Below are positions 21,559-32,545 of a stretch of DNA of 64,000 nt, in pieces; within the stretch, counting starts at the first letter, position 1; each line of letters starts with the position of its first letter. The stretch is from contig CATNEN010000033.1 in NCBI GenBank assembly GCA_950097015.1, positions 4,836,001-4,900,000 on the forward strand. Direction: 5' to 3'. The notes beneath the pieces are model-generated. The model did not search any database, was not told the origin of the DNA, and worked only from the letters and a program-made list of their open reading frames with translations. Both the position numbers and the translations under genes were made by a program. Source of the stretch: Macrostomum hystrix (Eukaryota; Animalia; Platyhelminthes).

Positions 21559-24500
21559 CTAAGAACCCGGGAGTGCAGCCACCTCGGAGGCGGAATCTTT
21601 TCTTCCGTCGTCCCTCCTAGGCAAGTCACCAACTGGTTGCTCATTGCCGTCATGTAGTGGGCGGATCTGATCCCGATGAGCGAGCACCGGCCGACCATCC
21701 TCTCGGGTGACCACGGCGGTGTTGTGCCCAGCCTGTACCACGAAACGCGCAGACTCCGTAGGGCTGCTGGCACGAGCCTGGTAGATGACAGGCGCATCGA
21801 CACTGAACGTCAGGGTCAGTGGGCTCCTCAGTTGTCTGCCCATCAGCGCTGACGGACTGCCTCGGCCGTCGCTCCTCGGAGTCGCCCTGTAGTTCAACAG
21901 CAGCTTGGCCAGATACGCATCAAAAGATCCGCGATGCACCGGAAATGCCACCAGACCCCGTTCGACAGTCTGGACCATCCGCTCTGCTAGGCCGTTGGAC
22001 TCCGGGTGGTACGGTGGTGAGTGTATCTGCGAGCAGCCGATTCTCCGCAACCAGTCGCGCAGCTCGCCATCGCAGAATTCGGCCGCGTTGTCCGAGACCA
22101 GCGTGCATGGGACACCCAGCCTGGAGAAGATGGCCCGCAGAGTGCGCAACGTTGTCTGGGCGCTCCGGTCTGGTACTCGAACCGCCTCCGGCCAGCCAGA
22201 AAACGCGTCCACGACGATCAACAGATAGCCGACACCAGGCACGTGCGCGTGGTCCATGTGCACTCGTTGCCATGCGGCGCTTTCCGCGGGCCAGGTGTGG
22301 GTGGCGCGAGCCGGTGGAGTCCGGATCTCCGTGCATTTTGCGCATTGCTTGACGTAGCGTTCCACATCGTCGCAGTGTCCGGGCCACCAGGCTTCTCTCT
22401 TCAACCGGTTTCGTGTCGTCAGCGCTCCGCTGTGGGAGTCTCCATGCGCCGCTTGAAGGACTCGAGAGCGCAGCCTTGCCGGAGGCACGATCAGGTCTCC
22501 CAGACAGATGATGCCATCTTCCACCGTCAGTTGTTGCCGGACACTCTTGTACGGCCGTTCTGCCGCCGAGCAGTTGCTCCAGACGTTGTTCTTGATTCGC
22601 TGTCGGATGCTCCGTAGCACAGGGTCATCGTCAGTCGCCTGTTGAATTTCGTTTCGCTTCAGCACGTCAGTCTCAGTCCAATGAACGAAGCGACTCACCT
22701 CCTCTTTAGGATTTTCGAACGAATCCTCAAACTCCAGTCTGGACATAGCATCGACGTGTGGAATGCAACTGCCACGAACATAGACAATGTCGTAGTCGAA
22801 TGCAGCCAACTGGATAGCCCAGCGCATGATCCTGGCCGATGTCACCTTTGGCAGCTCCTTCGACGGACTGAAGATAAACTCGAGCGGCTGATGATCGCAG
22901 TTTAGCGTGAACTTGGCTCCCAGCAGAAAGTGCCTCGCTCGCTGTGTCGCCCACACGATGGCCAGAGCCTCCCTCTCGATGTTGGAATAGTTTTGCTCGG
23001 CTGCCGTCAGCCGCCTGGAGAGGTAGAGCACTGGGTGGCCGTCTTGCGTGAGGATGGCTGAGACCGCCTTCTCACTAGCGTCCGTAGTCAGAGTCGTGCG
23101 CTTCGTCGGGTCGAAGATCCGGATCACCGCATAGGCCGCCAGCGCCCGTTTAAGTTCGTCGAACGCCTTCTGCTGGTTCGGGCCCCATTTGAACGGTGTC
23201 TGGCGGCTCCTTAAGGCAGTCAGCGGCTCGACTCGCTCGGAGTAGGCCTGGATGTAGCGGTCGTAGTAGTTCGTCAGCCCTAGGAATGACTCCAGTTCCT
23301 TCCGACACGTTGGCGCTTTGGTTTGCAGCACTTTCTCCACCAGCTTGGTGTCCGGCCGGATGCCTTCAGCAGAGATTCGGTATCCCAGAAAGGATATTTC
23401 GGTGCTCCTGAAGACGCACTTTTTCTCGTTGATCTCCATCCCTGACTTGCTCAGCTTGGCTAGCAGTTGTTCGACTTTTGCGTCCAGTTCAGCTGCTGTC
23501 CGGGCGCCGATGCAGACATCGTCCTGATAGATCACCAGGTTCGTCACCAGACCGCCGATCGTGGCTTCCATGGCAGCTTGGAACTGCGCGCTCGCAGTTT
23601 TCACGCCGTAAGGCATCCTCGTCCAGCGCAGCAAACCGATCGGGGTGTTGATGGTGAGGATTTCCCTGGCCGACTCGTCCAGCTCGATCTGGTTGTAGGC
23701 GTTCGTCAGGTCAACCGTGGCGAAGTGGGACATCCCTGACAGCTCTGTAAAGGCTGTCTCGATGTTCGGGAGCGGGTACGAGTCTGCGCAAATTTGCGGG
23801 TTCACACTCACTTTGTAGTCGGCGCAGATCCGCAAGTCGCCGTCCGGTTTCCTCACGATGACGATAGGGGATGCCCATTGGCTGCCTCCGGGGCGGACAG
23901 TCTCCAGGATTCCGGCATTGATCAGCTTCCTGAGCTTAGCGATGACCAGCGGTTTCAGGTGGATCGGGACAGGTCGAGCCTCGAAGTAGCTAGGCCGGGC
24001 CTGGTCCTTCAGAACGATGCGGGCCCGGAATCCGCGAAGCTTTCCCAGCGTGACTGCCGGTGCTTCCTCGACGTTGTGCAGGGACACGCCGTCCAGGTCG
24101 AACTGCAGCAAGTCGGTGCCCAGCAGACCGTGTGTCTTGTTGCAGGCCGCGACGATGATGTCCACGCAGGCGACCTTGTCTTCTAGCTCGACAGCCGCTG
24201 TGAAGCTGCCGAGGGTTTTGATGGCTGATCCGTCGAACTGCCTGAGTTGCCGGCGGCATTTCCGCAACTTCGGCTCGCCCAGTTGCTGCCAGAAATTTCT
24301 CGGGATGATGCTGGCATCAGAGCCGGAGTCCAGCTGCATCTCCATGCGTTGACCCTCGATCAGCACTGTCTTCAGGCTGCTGGTCTTCTGCTGATGAGTG
24401 CTACTGACTGTGAAGACGGTGTCGGCCCCGGCTGTTTCCGTGACTTCATGCGCTGCCTTGGTCCCGGATCTGCACACGACCGCGAAATGGTTTCGCTTGC

Positions 24501-25224
24501 GGCACTTGTTGCAGGTTTTGCCCCAAGCTGGGCAGCGGTCAGGCTGGTGCTGTAGGCCGCAGGCTTTGCAGGTGGTCTTCGGGCCCCCGCGGTTTTTGTC
24601 CACGCTGGCGATGGACGCCGGCTCGATCGTCGCTGGCTCCGGTGCCTTCTGTCTCTCCGCTCCGCTGTATTGCTGGACGAGCTCGAGTTGTTGGACAAAC
24701 TCCACGCTGTTTTCGAGCGTCACCTGTTGCTGTGAGCTCTGGATGTGCTCAAGAATTTTGCTGCGATGCTGTGCATTGTGCAGGCCGCTGACCAGCATTG
24801 TCTGGATGAGCTCGTCCTCTGCTGACTGTTTGCTGTCTTCGGCGTTCAGCTTGTCGAACTCGCAGAAGCGGGCGGCATCTCGAAGTCTCTGGGCGAAATT
24901 TTGTGCTGACTCAGTTGCTTCTTGGCGCAGGGACAAAAACCGAGAGCGCTCGGCAATGATCAGCTTCTTCTTTGGGCGAACCTTTTCCAAGATCAGCTTT
25001 CTGATGTCCTCGAAGTTCATCTCCTCCAGCTCTTTTGGTCTCGCCATCACACTTACGACACGAACTGTGCTTACGCCTGCCCTGGCAAGGAACAAGTCCG
25101 TCACCTGTCTCTCCTCTGCCGTGTCCTTCAATTTCTTATTGCGGCTCATGGCGGCGAAGCTCCTCAACCAGGCCTCCGTCGTTGCAGGGTCGTCCAGCGG
25201 CAGGTCGTCTGCTCGCGATGCCAT
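21559..25224 (-). CDS. Gag-Pol polyprotein, 1221 aa from the ATG at 25224 (frame also open into the LTR)
   Basis: Double knuckle CKACGLQHQPDRC...CNKCRKRNHFAVVC, protease LDSGS, RT YQDD, RNase H TDASE, integrase HHCC and D,D(35)E (HMD / SDN / LAE). Confidence 0.96.
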   Translation of the reverse strand: MASRADDLPLDDPATTEAWLRSFAAMSRNKKLKDTAEERQVTDLFLARAGVSTVRVVSVMARPKELEEMNFEDIRKLILEKVRPKKKLIIAERSRFLSLRQEATESAQNFAQRLRDAARFCEFDKLNAEDSKQSAEDELIQTMLVSGLHNAQHRSKILEHIQSSQQQVTLENSVEFVQQLELVQQYSGAERQKAPEPATIEPASIASVDKNRGGPKTTCKACGLQHQPDRCPAWGKTCNKCRKRNHFAVVCRSGTKAAHEVTETAGADTVFTVSSTHQQKTSSLKTVLIEGQRMEMQLDSGSDASIIPRNFWQQLGEPKLRKCRRQLRQFDGSAIKTLGSFTAAVELEDKVACVDIIVAACNKTHGLLGTDLLQFDLDGVSLHNVEEAPAVTLGKLRGFRARIVLKDQARPSYFEARPVPIHLKPLVIAKLRKLINAGILETVRPGGSQWASPIVIVRKPDGDLRICADYKVSVNPQICADSYPLPNIETAFTELSGMSHFATVDLTNAYNQIELDESAREILTINTPIGLLRWTRMPYGVKTASAQFQAAMEATIGGLVTNLVIYQDDVCIGARTAAELDAKVEQLLAKLSKSGMEINEKKCVFRSTEISFLGYRISAEGIRPDTKLVEKVLQTKAPTCRKELESFLGLTNYYDRYIQAYSERVEPLTALRSRQTPFKWGPNQQKAFDELKRALAAYAVIRIFDPTKRTTLTTDASEKAVSAILTQDGHPVLYLSRRLTAAEQNYSNIEREALAIVWATQRARHFLLGAKFTLNCDHQPLEFIFSPSKELPKVTSARIMRWAIQLAAFDYDIVYVRGSCIPHVDAMSRLEFEDSFENPKEEVSRFVHWTETDVLKRNEIQQATDDDPVLRSIRQRIKNNVWSNCSAAERPYKSVRQQLTVEDGIICLGDLIVPPARLRSRVLQAAHGDSHSGALTTRNRLKREAWWPGHCDDVERYVKQCAKCTEIRTPPARATHTWPAESAAWQRVHMDHAHVPGVGYLLIVVDAFSGWPEAVRVPDRSAQTTLRTLRAIFSRLGVPCTLVSDNAAEFCDGELRDWLRRIGCSQIHSPPYHPESNGLAERMVQTVERGLVAFPVHRGSFDAYLAKLLLNYRATPRSDGRGSPSALMGRQLRSPLTLTFSVDAPVIYQARASSPTESARFVVQAGHNTAVVTREDGRPVLAHRDQIRPLHDGNEQPVGDLPRRDDGRKDSASEVAALPGS

Positions 25225-25481
25225 TGTCGTGTCGTTTAGAGTGACTCTTATGTTTGTTAGTTTAGAGCGAACACGATAATATATTTGTGCATCAGTCACA
25301 TCACTTATATAGAACGCGAGATACAAGTACAACGTGCGATATTATTGAGCGGTGGCCACGTGCCACACAATAGGCATGTACATTAATAGGTCAGTGAAGA
25401 GTTAAAGGACATTGGCGGCACCGTGCCCGCCCACGCTCAGGCTATCAATGCGCCTGGCCGCGATAGACCGACGGCGCCACA
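25225..25481 (-). repeat. 5' LTR of Mag-like element
   Basis: Matches 21186-21442. Confidence 0.97.
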
Positions 25482-25773
25482 AGCAGAATGGGTCATTCAG
25501 TGAGGGTGAGCAGAATGGGTCATTCAGTGAGGGTGAGCAGAATGGGTCATACAGTGAGGGTGAGCAGAATGGGTCATTCAGTGAGGGTGAGGAGAATGGG
25601 TCATTCAGTGAGGGTGAGGAGAATGGGTCATTCAGTGAGGGTGAGCAGAATGGGTCATTCAGTGAGGGTGAGCAGAATGGGTCATTCAGTGAGGGTGAGC
25701 AGAATGGGTCATTCAGTGAGGGTGAGCAGAATGGGTCATTCAGTGAGGGTGAGCAGAATGGGTCATTCAGTGA
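25482..25773. repeat. 27-bp minisatellite (right part), about 11 copies
   Basis: Period 27; same unit as 21150-21185. Confidence 0.95.
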
Positions 25774-26472
25774 AGCAATCAGTTTTTAAGAGGCCTGTGG
25801 TGCTGCAGACAGTACAAATGGGGGATAGATAGCGACTGGACGCAGTGCTCAACTAAAGAAATAATTCCAAGAAATGTTAACGGCGGCCTGCAGTTCGGTC
25901 ATCGTTCTTAGTTGGGATTCCGGTCATGCGGGGGGAAATTTATACGGAAACTAATTGAGCCATCTGAGGCAGAAAGGGCTTGATTTTCTGTCGGCACTGC
26001 CTCATTGCATAAGCAATGAACTAAATCAGGAAACTCATTGATTTTTATTCCACCCTCTGGCTTGCTGGAGAAGCAGCAGCAGCAATGGGATCAGAACTGC
26101 GTTGGGATTATCCGCGGAATGCCGGGTCAAGGAGTGATAAGGATCAGCCGGCTGCTAACAGTTTTATCCCCCTTCCCACGACCATCAATCCCGGAATAGT
26201 CGCGCTTATAAATTCTTTGATTGACAGGCTTTTCTGCAAGAATTCCAGCCAAGAATGACAAACTCGGTGAAGCACGCGACTGTAGCCTCTTTTGTTGTAA
26301 AATACTATTTTGAACTGCTTTTCGACTTTGATATAAAATAAAAAGCCTGTACTTTTAAGAGACTCGGAAAAGGAATCAAACTTTGAATATTTATTCATTT
26401 CGAACATTTAGGGATTTCGACAATGTAGGGATTTCGAAAATTTGGGGATTTCGACAATTTAGGAACTTCGTT

Positions 26473-26767
26473 AGAGGTTTTAGCCTAGTGGTTAGGGCGT
26501 CGGACTCACGACTTGATGGTCGGGGGTTCGATTCCCGACTCCACAGAAACAATTTGCGTCCTTTAGCAAGACACTTAACTCTGCATTGCTTCAGTTCACC
26601 CAGCTGTTAAATGGGTACCAGCATCAGCTGGGATAATCGAAGTTGGGTGTGGCGTCCCCCAGTCCATGGACTGAACAGCTGTACGCAGCCTTCAGATGCG
26701 CCGCGCATTAGTTGCGGCTGTGTTGTCGTCTGCACATCTAACCCAATCGGGGCAGGTGCAATAAAAA
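26473..26767 (+). mobile_element. tRNA-derived SINE
   Basis: A box TAGCCTAGTGG (26481-26491), B box GGTTCGATTCC (26525-26535), body GCAAGACACTTAAC...CACCCAGCTG..AAATGGGTACC resembling widespread metazoan SINE cores, A-rich end, 10/12 flanking direct repeat. Confidence 0.7.
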
Positions 26768-26811
26768 AGGGACTTCCTTGGTTATAGGATTTCAACCAAG
26801 GCGCTACTCAC

Positions 26812-28251
26812 GTGTCGCATCGGCAGCAGAAAGTCTCGTCCGTTGCCCCCGCCGCTTCCACCGGGTGAAGCCGCCTGCAGCATCCCCAGCCGAGTGCTGA
26901 TTTCACCGCCGCAGCCGACGCCGCCGCCGACACCGGCATCCGATGAGCCAAGCGATCGCGATGCTGGTGGCGACTCCCCGGCAGCTGCCGATGCCAGCTT
27001 GATGGCCGCTGAAGCGTCTTCCGCGCTGCCGTTGACTCCGCGTCCGTGGCCGATGCCGCTGCCGCCGCCCAGCAGACGCCGGCGGGTGTGCCAGATGGAG
27101 GCCACAAGTACGCAGGAGAGCACGAAGGTCACGGAGCAGATGACGATGATGAGCAGGAAGTTGAGCTCGCTGGCCGACAGACCGGCTGGCAGCGAGGCGC
27201 TTGGCTTGCGGGCACCCGGCGGCTGCGAGTCGTCAACGATGATGACCAGCGGCGCCACCGACGGGGCTTCGCGCGGCGGGTCGCCTCGGTCGCGCACATT
27301 CAGGCGAAGCTGGAATCGACGGCCGAAGTCGGCAGATGTCAGCCGGCGACGACCGACGGCTAGCAGCACCTCGCCGCTAGTGGAGTTGATGTCGAAGTAG
27401 CCGTCGCCGCCGGCCGCATCGGCTAGAAGAAACTCCAGAGCCCCGTTGCGGCCGGCGTCGGGGTCCGTGGCGACGATGCGGCAAACGCTGCTTCCGGGCG
27501 GTGCCAGGTAAGAAACAGCGGCACTCCCGTTGCTGCTGCTCGGCCAGGTGACCGTCGGCGAGTTGTCGTTGACATCCTGGACGTAGATTGTGATGTCGGC
27601 GGTGGCGCTGAGCCGGCGAGGCTGTCCGTGGTCGAAGGCCAAAACACGCAGGAAGTAGCGGTCCTGCCGCTCTCGGTCCAGAGGCTTCCGAACCCGGACG
27701 TTGCCGTACTGCTCGATGTCGAAGGTGGCTTCCGCTGCGATGTTCCCTGAGTCATGCGGCGCCGGGGCAAAGGCTACCCGGCCAGCCTCGCCATTGTCGG
27801 CGTCCGTAGCAACGACCTGGCCGACCAGCGAGCCCGGCGGCGCCGACTCGGACACTTGGAGATGCAGCCTCGAAGCGTTGAACACTGGGGGACAGTCGTT
27901 GACGTCGGTAAGACGGATTTGTACCCGGGTCTCGGCGGATCGCTGCGGCGTGCCGTGGTCCTTTGCCACGACGCGGAAACTATGCTCAGCTTTGGTCTCT
28001 CGGTCCAAGATTATCTTGGACACGAGGGTGCCGTTGTCAAGGACGCGAAAGACCGCGGCTGCCTCGACCGGCTCGACGGCGTAGCTGATCAGGCCGTTGT
28101 CTCCGGCATCGGGGTCAACGGCCTGCAGATCCAGCAGCAGCTGGCCTGGCGGCCCGTTCTCGTCAATGCTGATTTCATTTAGTTCGCGACGGAATACCGG
28201 CGCGTGGTCGTTGATGTCCCGAATAGTGACGTTGAAGTGAGCGTCCGTTGT
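26812..28251 (-). CDS. Protocadherin exon 2 (end of EC4, EC5-EC7, transmembrane helix, start of tail)
   Basis: DINDHAP, DVNDCPP, DVNDNSP linkers, DRE and DPD motifs, TM FLLIIVICSVTFVLSCVLVASIW; acceptor ATATTGCAG at 28252, donor GTGAGT at 26811. Confidence 0.93.
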
Positions 28252-28267
28252 CTGCAATATCGTGGGC

Positions 28268-28872
28268 ATCTGGGATCTTGGATCTGGGATCTTGGATCTG
28301 GGATCTTGGATCTGGGATCTTGGATCTGGGATCTTGGATCTGGGATCTTGGATCTGGGATCTTGGATCTGGGATCTTGGATCTGGGATCTTGGATCTGGG
28401 ATCTTGGATCTGGGATCTTGGATCTGGGATCTTGGATCTGGGATCTTGGATCTGGGATCTTGGATCTGGGATCTTGGATCTGGGATCTTGGATCTGGGAT
28501 CTTGGATCTGGGATCTTGGATCTGGGATCTTGGATCTGGGATCTTGGATCTGGGATCTTGGATCTGGGATCTTGGATCTGGGATCTTGGATCTGGGATCT
28601 TGGATCTGGGATCTTGGATCTGGGATCTTGGATCTGGGATCTTGGATCTGGGATCTTGGATCTGGGATCTTGGATCTGGGATCTTGGATCTGGGATCTTG
28701 GATCTGGGATCTTGGATCTGGGATCTTGGATCTGGGATCTTGGATCTGGGATCTTGGATCTGGGATCTTGGATCTGGGATCTTGGATCTGGGATCTTGGA
28801 TCTGGGATCTTGGATCTGGGATCTTGGATCTGGGATCTTGGATCTGGGATCTTGGATCTAGGATCTTGGATC
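28268..28872. repeat. 14-bp minisatellite (GATCTGGGATCTTG), about 43 near-perfect copies filling intron 1
   Basis: Period 14. Confidence 0.98.
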
Positions 28873-28887
28873 TAACTATTAACTTAC

Positions 28888-30336
28888 CCTCGGTGGCGTT
28901 CCGTTGTCCCGACATCGAACTCTCCAGAGCAGTCGCGGAGCCACCTCCCTATCGAAAACTGCCGCAGTCAGCATCTGGTATGTGACGGAGCCTCCAGTAC
29001 CTCCGCTGCCGCTGTTACCACCTGCTCCTCCGCCAGCCGCTCCCGCCGACCAGTCAGCAAGCCGGAGTCCGTTCGACAGCGACTCGCACGTGACTCGGCC
29101 GGCCTGGCCTGAGTCCCTATCCTCGGCGACCACCATCCCGGCAGGTTGGCCTGGCGCTGCCTCCTCAACCGCCTCAATAGCCCAGGCCAGTCCGAAGCCT
29201 TTCACAGTCACGGCCGGTGCGTTGTCGTTGGCGTCCAGAACCGTCACCGTCATGCGGCAGACGCTGCTCCTCGGCGGGCTGCCGAGGTCCGCCACCTCCA
29301 GCTCCAGGCTGGCGGTGGTGTAGGCTTCGAAGTCGAGCCGCCGGTCCAGGCTCAGCGTGCCCTCGATCGGATCGATGCGGAACGTGGCTGCCAGGGCGGC
29401 CTTCGCCGCGGCCGGCATCGGCGAGACGCAGGCCGAGGACTCGCAGGCGCCGGTTGCGCTGCGGAGACGCCAGCGAAGTTCAGCGTTGAGGCCGACGTCG
29501 GCGTCCCGGCCAACCAGGGTGGCCAGCGCCGTGCCAGCTGGCCAGTCCTCGCTGCGGCTGATGTTCTCGCAGCCACTGACGATGCGCGGAGTTTCGTCGT
29601 TCTCGTCGAGGACGTTCAGCACGACGCTGAGCGTCCCAGTCAGGGCAGGGAGGCCCCCATCAATTGCGCGCAGGACGAAGGCGTAGCGGCTCTGGCGCTC
29701 GCGGTCTAGCTCGCGCAGCAGCCGGACGATCGGCGGTGAGCGGCCCGGCAGCAGCTCGAGGAGGCCCAAGTCAGCGCCAGTGTCCAGCTGGTAGGCCCGC
29801 ACCGACAGCCCTGGCGAGTCGGGGTCCTTTGCTGCGGGCAGCTCGAATGTTGAATCGACCGGTTTGGCCTCCGAGATGTTCAACGAATAGAAGCCATTGG
29901 AGCCGACAACATCGGCGAAGCTCGGCGCATTGTCATTGATGTCCACGACGGTGACCCGAACGAGGAACAGCTGCGACGGCGACGCCGTGGCCGCTTGGAG
30001 GCGCAGGACGCAGTCGGCGAGACCGGGACAGGCCGCCTCCCGGTCCAGCGGCATCGCCTGCAGCAGGTCGCCACCGTCGGCAACTTCAAAGAGATTCGGG
30101 GACAGCGGCTCCGGCGGCGAGCTCATGACAGTGAAGCGGAGCCCGGACCGCACGGTGAAGTTCCAGTCCAGGCTGCTGTCCAGCACCAGGTTGCCAAGGC
30201 GACGCGGCGGCGCCTCGCCCTCGGCCAGGGAGTAGCTGAGTGAGACGGAGCCCGGCTGTTGCTGCGAGGGGCGGATTTGCAGCAGCAGCAGCAGCACAAC
30301 GGAGAGGCGCGGCAGAAGCGCCAGTTCAGGGAGCAT
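28888..30336 (-). CDS. Protocadherin exon 1 (signal peptide, EC1-EC4)
   Basis: MLPELALLPRLSVVLLLLL signal peptide, EC1 DREAACPGLADC with the protocadherin-type Cys pair, DINDNAP / DENDETP / DANDNAP; donor GTAAGT at 28887, phase 0 joins PR|TTDAHFNV. Confidence 0.93.
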
Positions 30337-31368
30337 TGCTGAAGATCTGCAATTGTCCGAAATACGGGATGTCTCAAGCTCACTGTGTTTGGTCAGGTAA
30401 AAATAACAGCGAAATGAAAGCTGCACTTATCGACCATCTGAACATGAATATGAGCTCCCAGCTGAGTAGCACAAGAGTTCACAGAGACCAGTGAATACCT
30501 TGCGTGTTCTCTTCGGGGAAAATTAAAATTGGACGCAAAAAAAACTGATCGAGGTCAGCGACCCGGCCTCTTCAAATCCCTCACGCGATCATCCTGGGCT
30601 GCCGCAGGCTGACCTCACTTATCCCAACCCACTCCCCACTGGCTACGCTTCCGGCTGGCGAGATGAGCTCCATCTATTAATTAGCTTGGGCCTCTGATCC
30701 CTCTCCGATATCCACAGCCACAGCTCAGCCATCCGAGGATCGATTCCTCAGCGGCCTCCGAGTCCGCCGACTTGCACTGGCTGTCTAGTCAGGAATTGTC
30801 AGGAATGAAGGAACACTCAATCATGAACCTGTTGTCGCTTTGTTAAGAATTCACCGCGCTAAGACAAACTTTGCTGGATTTTTCCTTATAAAATATGCTA
30901 ATGAAATAAGAATGGTTAGCCACAGTTAAACATAATGCAAACACGCACACACACCTGACACAGCATTAATTATGCAGTTTGATTGGCCGTTATTTTATTC
31001 TTAGAATGCAGCCATCGTCTCCGCTCCTGCTTCAGTGGCAGCTTCTCAACCACCACCTGTCTGCGCGCAACCCCTGCCACCCTTCGCCACTATGGCAGCA
31101 CCTTGCGGCTGGTTCCCACAACTGGCTTGAGTACTGCAGGCTGAGCACTGCCTAGCGGCAATTTACCATGCAGGACTGCTGGGTGCCACAGACTTTTTTA
31201 CTGATAGGCGGAGATTTTGGCTCCAGGAAAATTTGTTTTTTGCCTGCGACTTTTTTTGAGCTGAAACTGCTCCAGTGGCTGACTTTGTTGGAGCTCTCAA
31301 CGGCGCCTGATGAGCCCCTCTTGGAATTAACCTGCAAACCATTCTTCTCCCATTACCTTCTCCAGCAC

Positions 31369-32545
31369 CCATCACACAGGACACAAGACACAGTACAGTG
31401 TTCAATGGACACAGGACACAAGACACAAGACACATGACAGTGTTCAATGAACACAGGACACAGGACGCAAGACACAGGACAGTCGTCAATGGACACAGGA
31501 CACAGGACACAAGACACAAGACACATGACAGTGATCAATGGACACTGGACACAGGACGCAAGACACAGGACAGTGGTCAATGGACACTGGACACAGGACA
31601 CAGGACACAGGACACAGGACAGTGGTCAATGGACACAGGACACAGGACTCTGGACACAGGACTTTGGTCAATGGACACTGGACACAGGACAGTGGTCAAT
31701 GGACACAGGACACAGGACTCTGGACACAGGACAGTGGTCAATGGACACTGGACACAGGACAGTGGTCAATGGACACAGGACACAGGACTCTGGACACAGG
31801 ACAGTGGTCAATGGACACAGGACACAGGACAGTGGTCAATGGACACTGGACACAGGACAGTGGTCAATGGACACAGGACACAGGACTCTGGACACAGGAC
31901 AGTGGTCAATGGACACAGGACACAGGACAGTGGTCAATGGACACAGGACACAGGACAGTGGTCAATGGACACAGGACACAGGACTCTGGACACAGGACAG
32001 TGGTCAATGGACACAGGACACAGGACTCTGGACACAGGACTTTGGTCAATGGACACAAGACACAGGACTTTGGTCAATGGACACAAGACACAGGACAGTG
32101 GTTAATGGACACAGGACACAGGACAAAGACACAGGACACAGGACACGAGACACAGGACACAGGACTCTGGACACAGGACTCTGGACACAGGACTCTGGAC
32201 ACAGGACTCTGGACACAGGACTCTGGACACAGGACTCTGGACACAGGACTCTGGACACAGGACTCTGGACACAGGACTCTGGACACAGGACTCTGGACAC
32301 AGGACTCTGGACACAGGACACAGGACACAGGACAGTGGTCAATGGACACAGGACACAGGACTCTGGACACAGGACACAGGACTCTGGACACAGGACAGTG
32401 GTCCATGGACACAGGACACAGGACTCTGGACACAGGACAGTGGTCAATGGACACAGGACACAGGACTCTGGACACAGGACAGTGGTCCATGGACACAGGA
32501 CACAGGACTCTGGACACAGGACAGTGGTCCATGGACACAGGACAG
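31369..32545. repeat. GACACAG-based 7-bp repeat with TGGTCAA and GACTCTG variant units
   Basis: 7-bp periodicity. Confidence 0.96.

Larger units (their letters stand above)
21186..25481 (-). mobile_element. Complete 4296-bp Ty3/Gypsy LTR retrotransposon, Mag-like
   Basis: 257-bp LTRs (21186-21442, 25225-25481) with one mismatch, TG...CA ends, 5-bp TSD AGCAG on both sides, single uninterrupted gag-pol ORF, PPT. Confidence 0.97.

Noticed and set aside
26475-26550. tRNA gene (also 56905-56980)
   Set aside because: A and B boxes are present but there is no convincing acceptor stem or terminator, and the sequence continues into a SINE-like body
21819-30494. Many plus-strand and alternative-frame ORFs over the Mag element and protocadherin exons
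   Set aside because: Shadow ORFs of GC-rich coding sequence with no independent motifs
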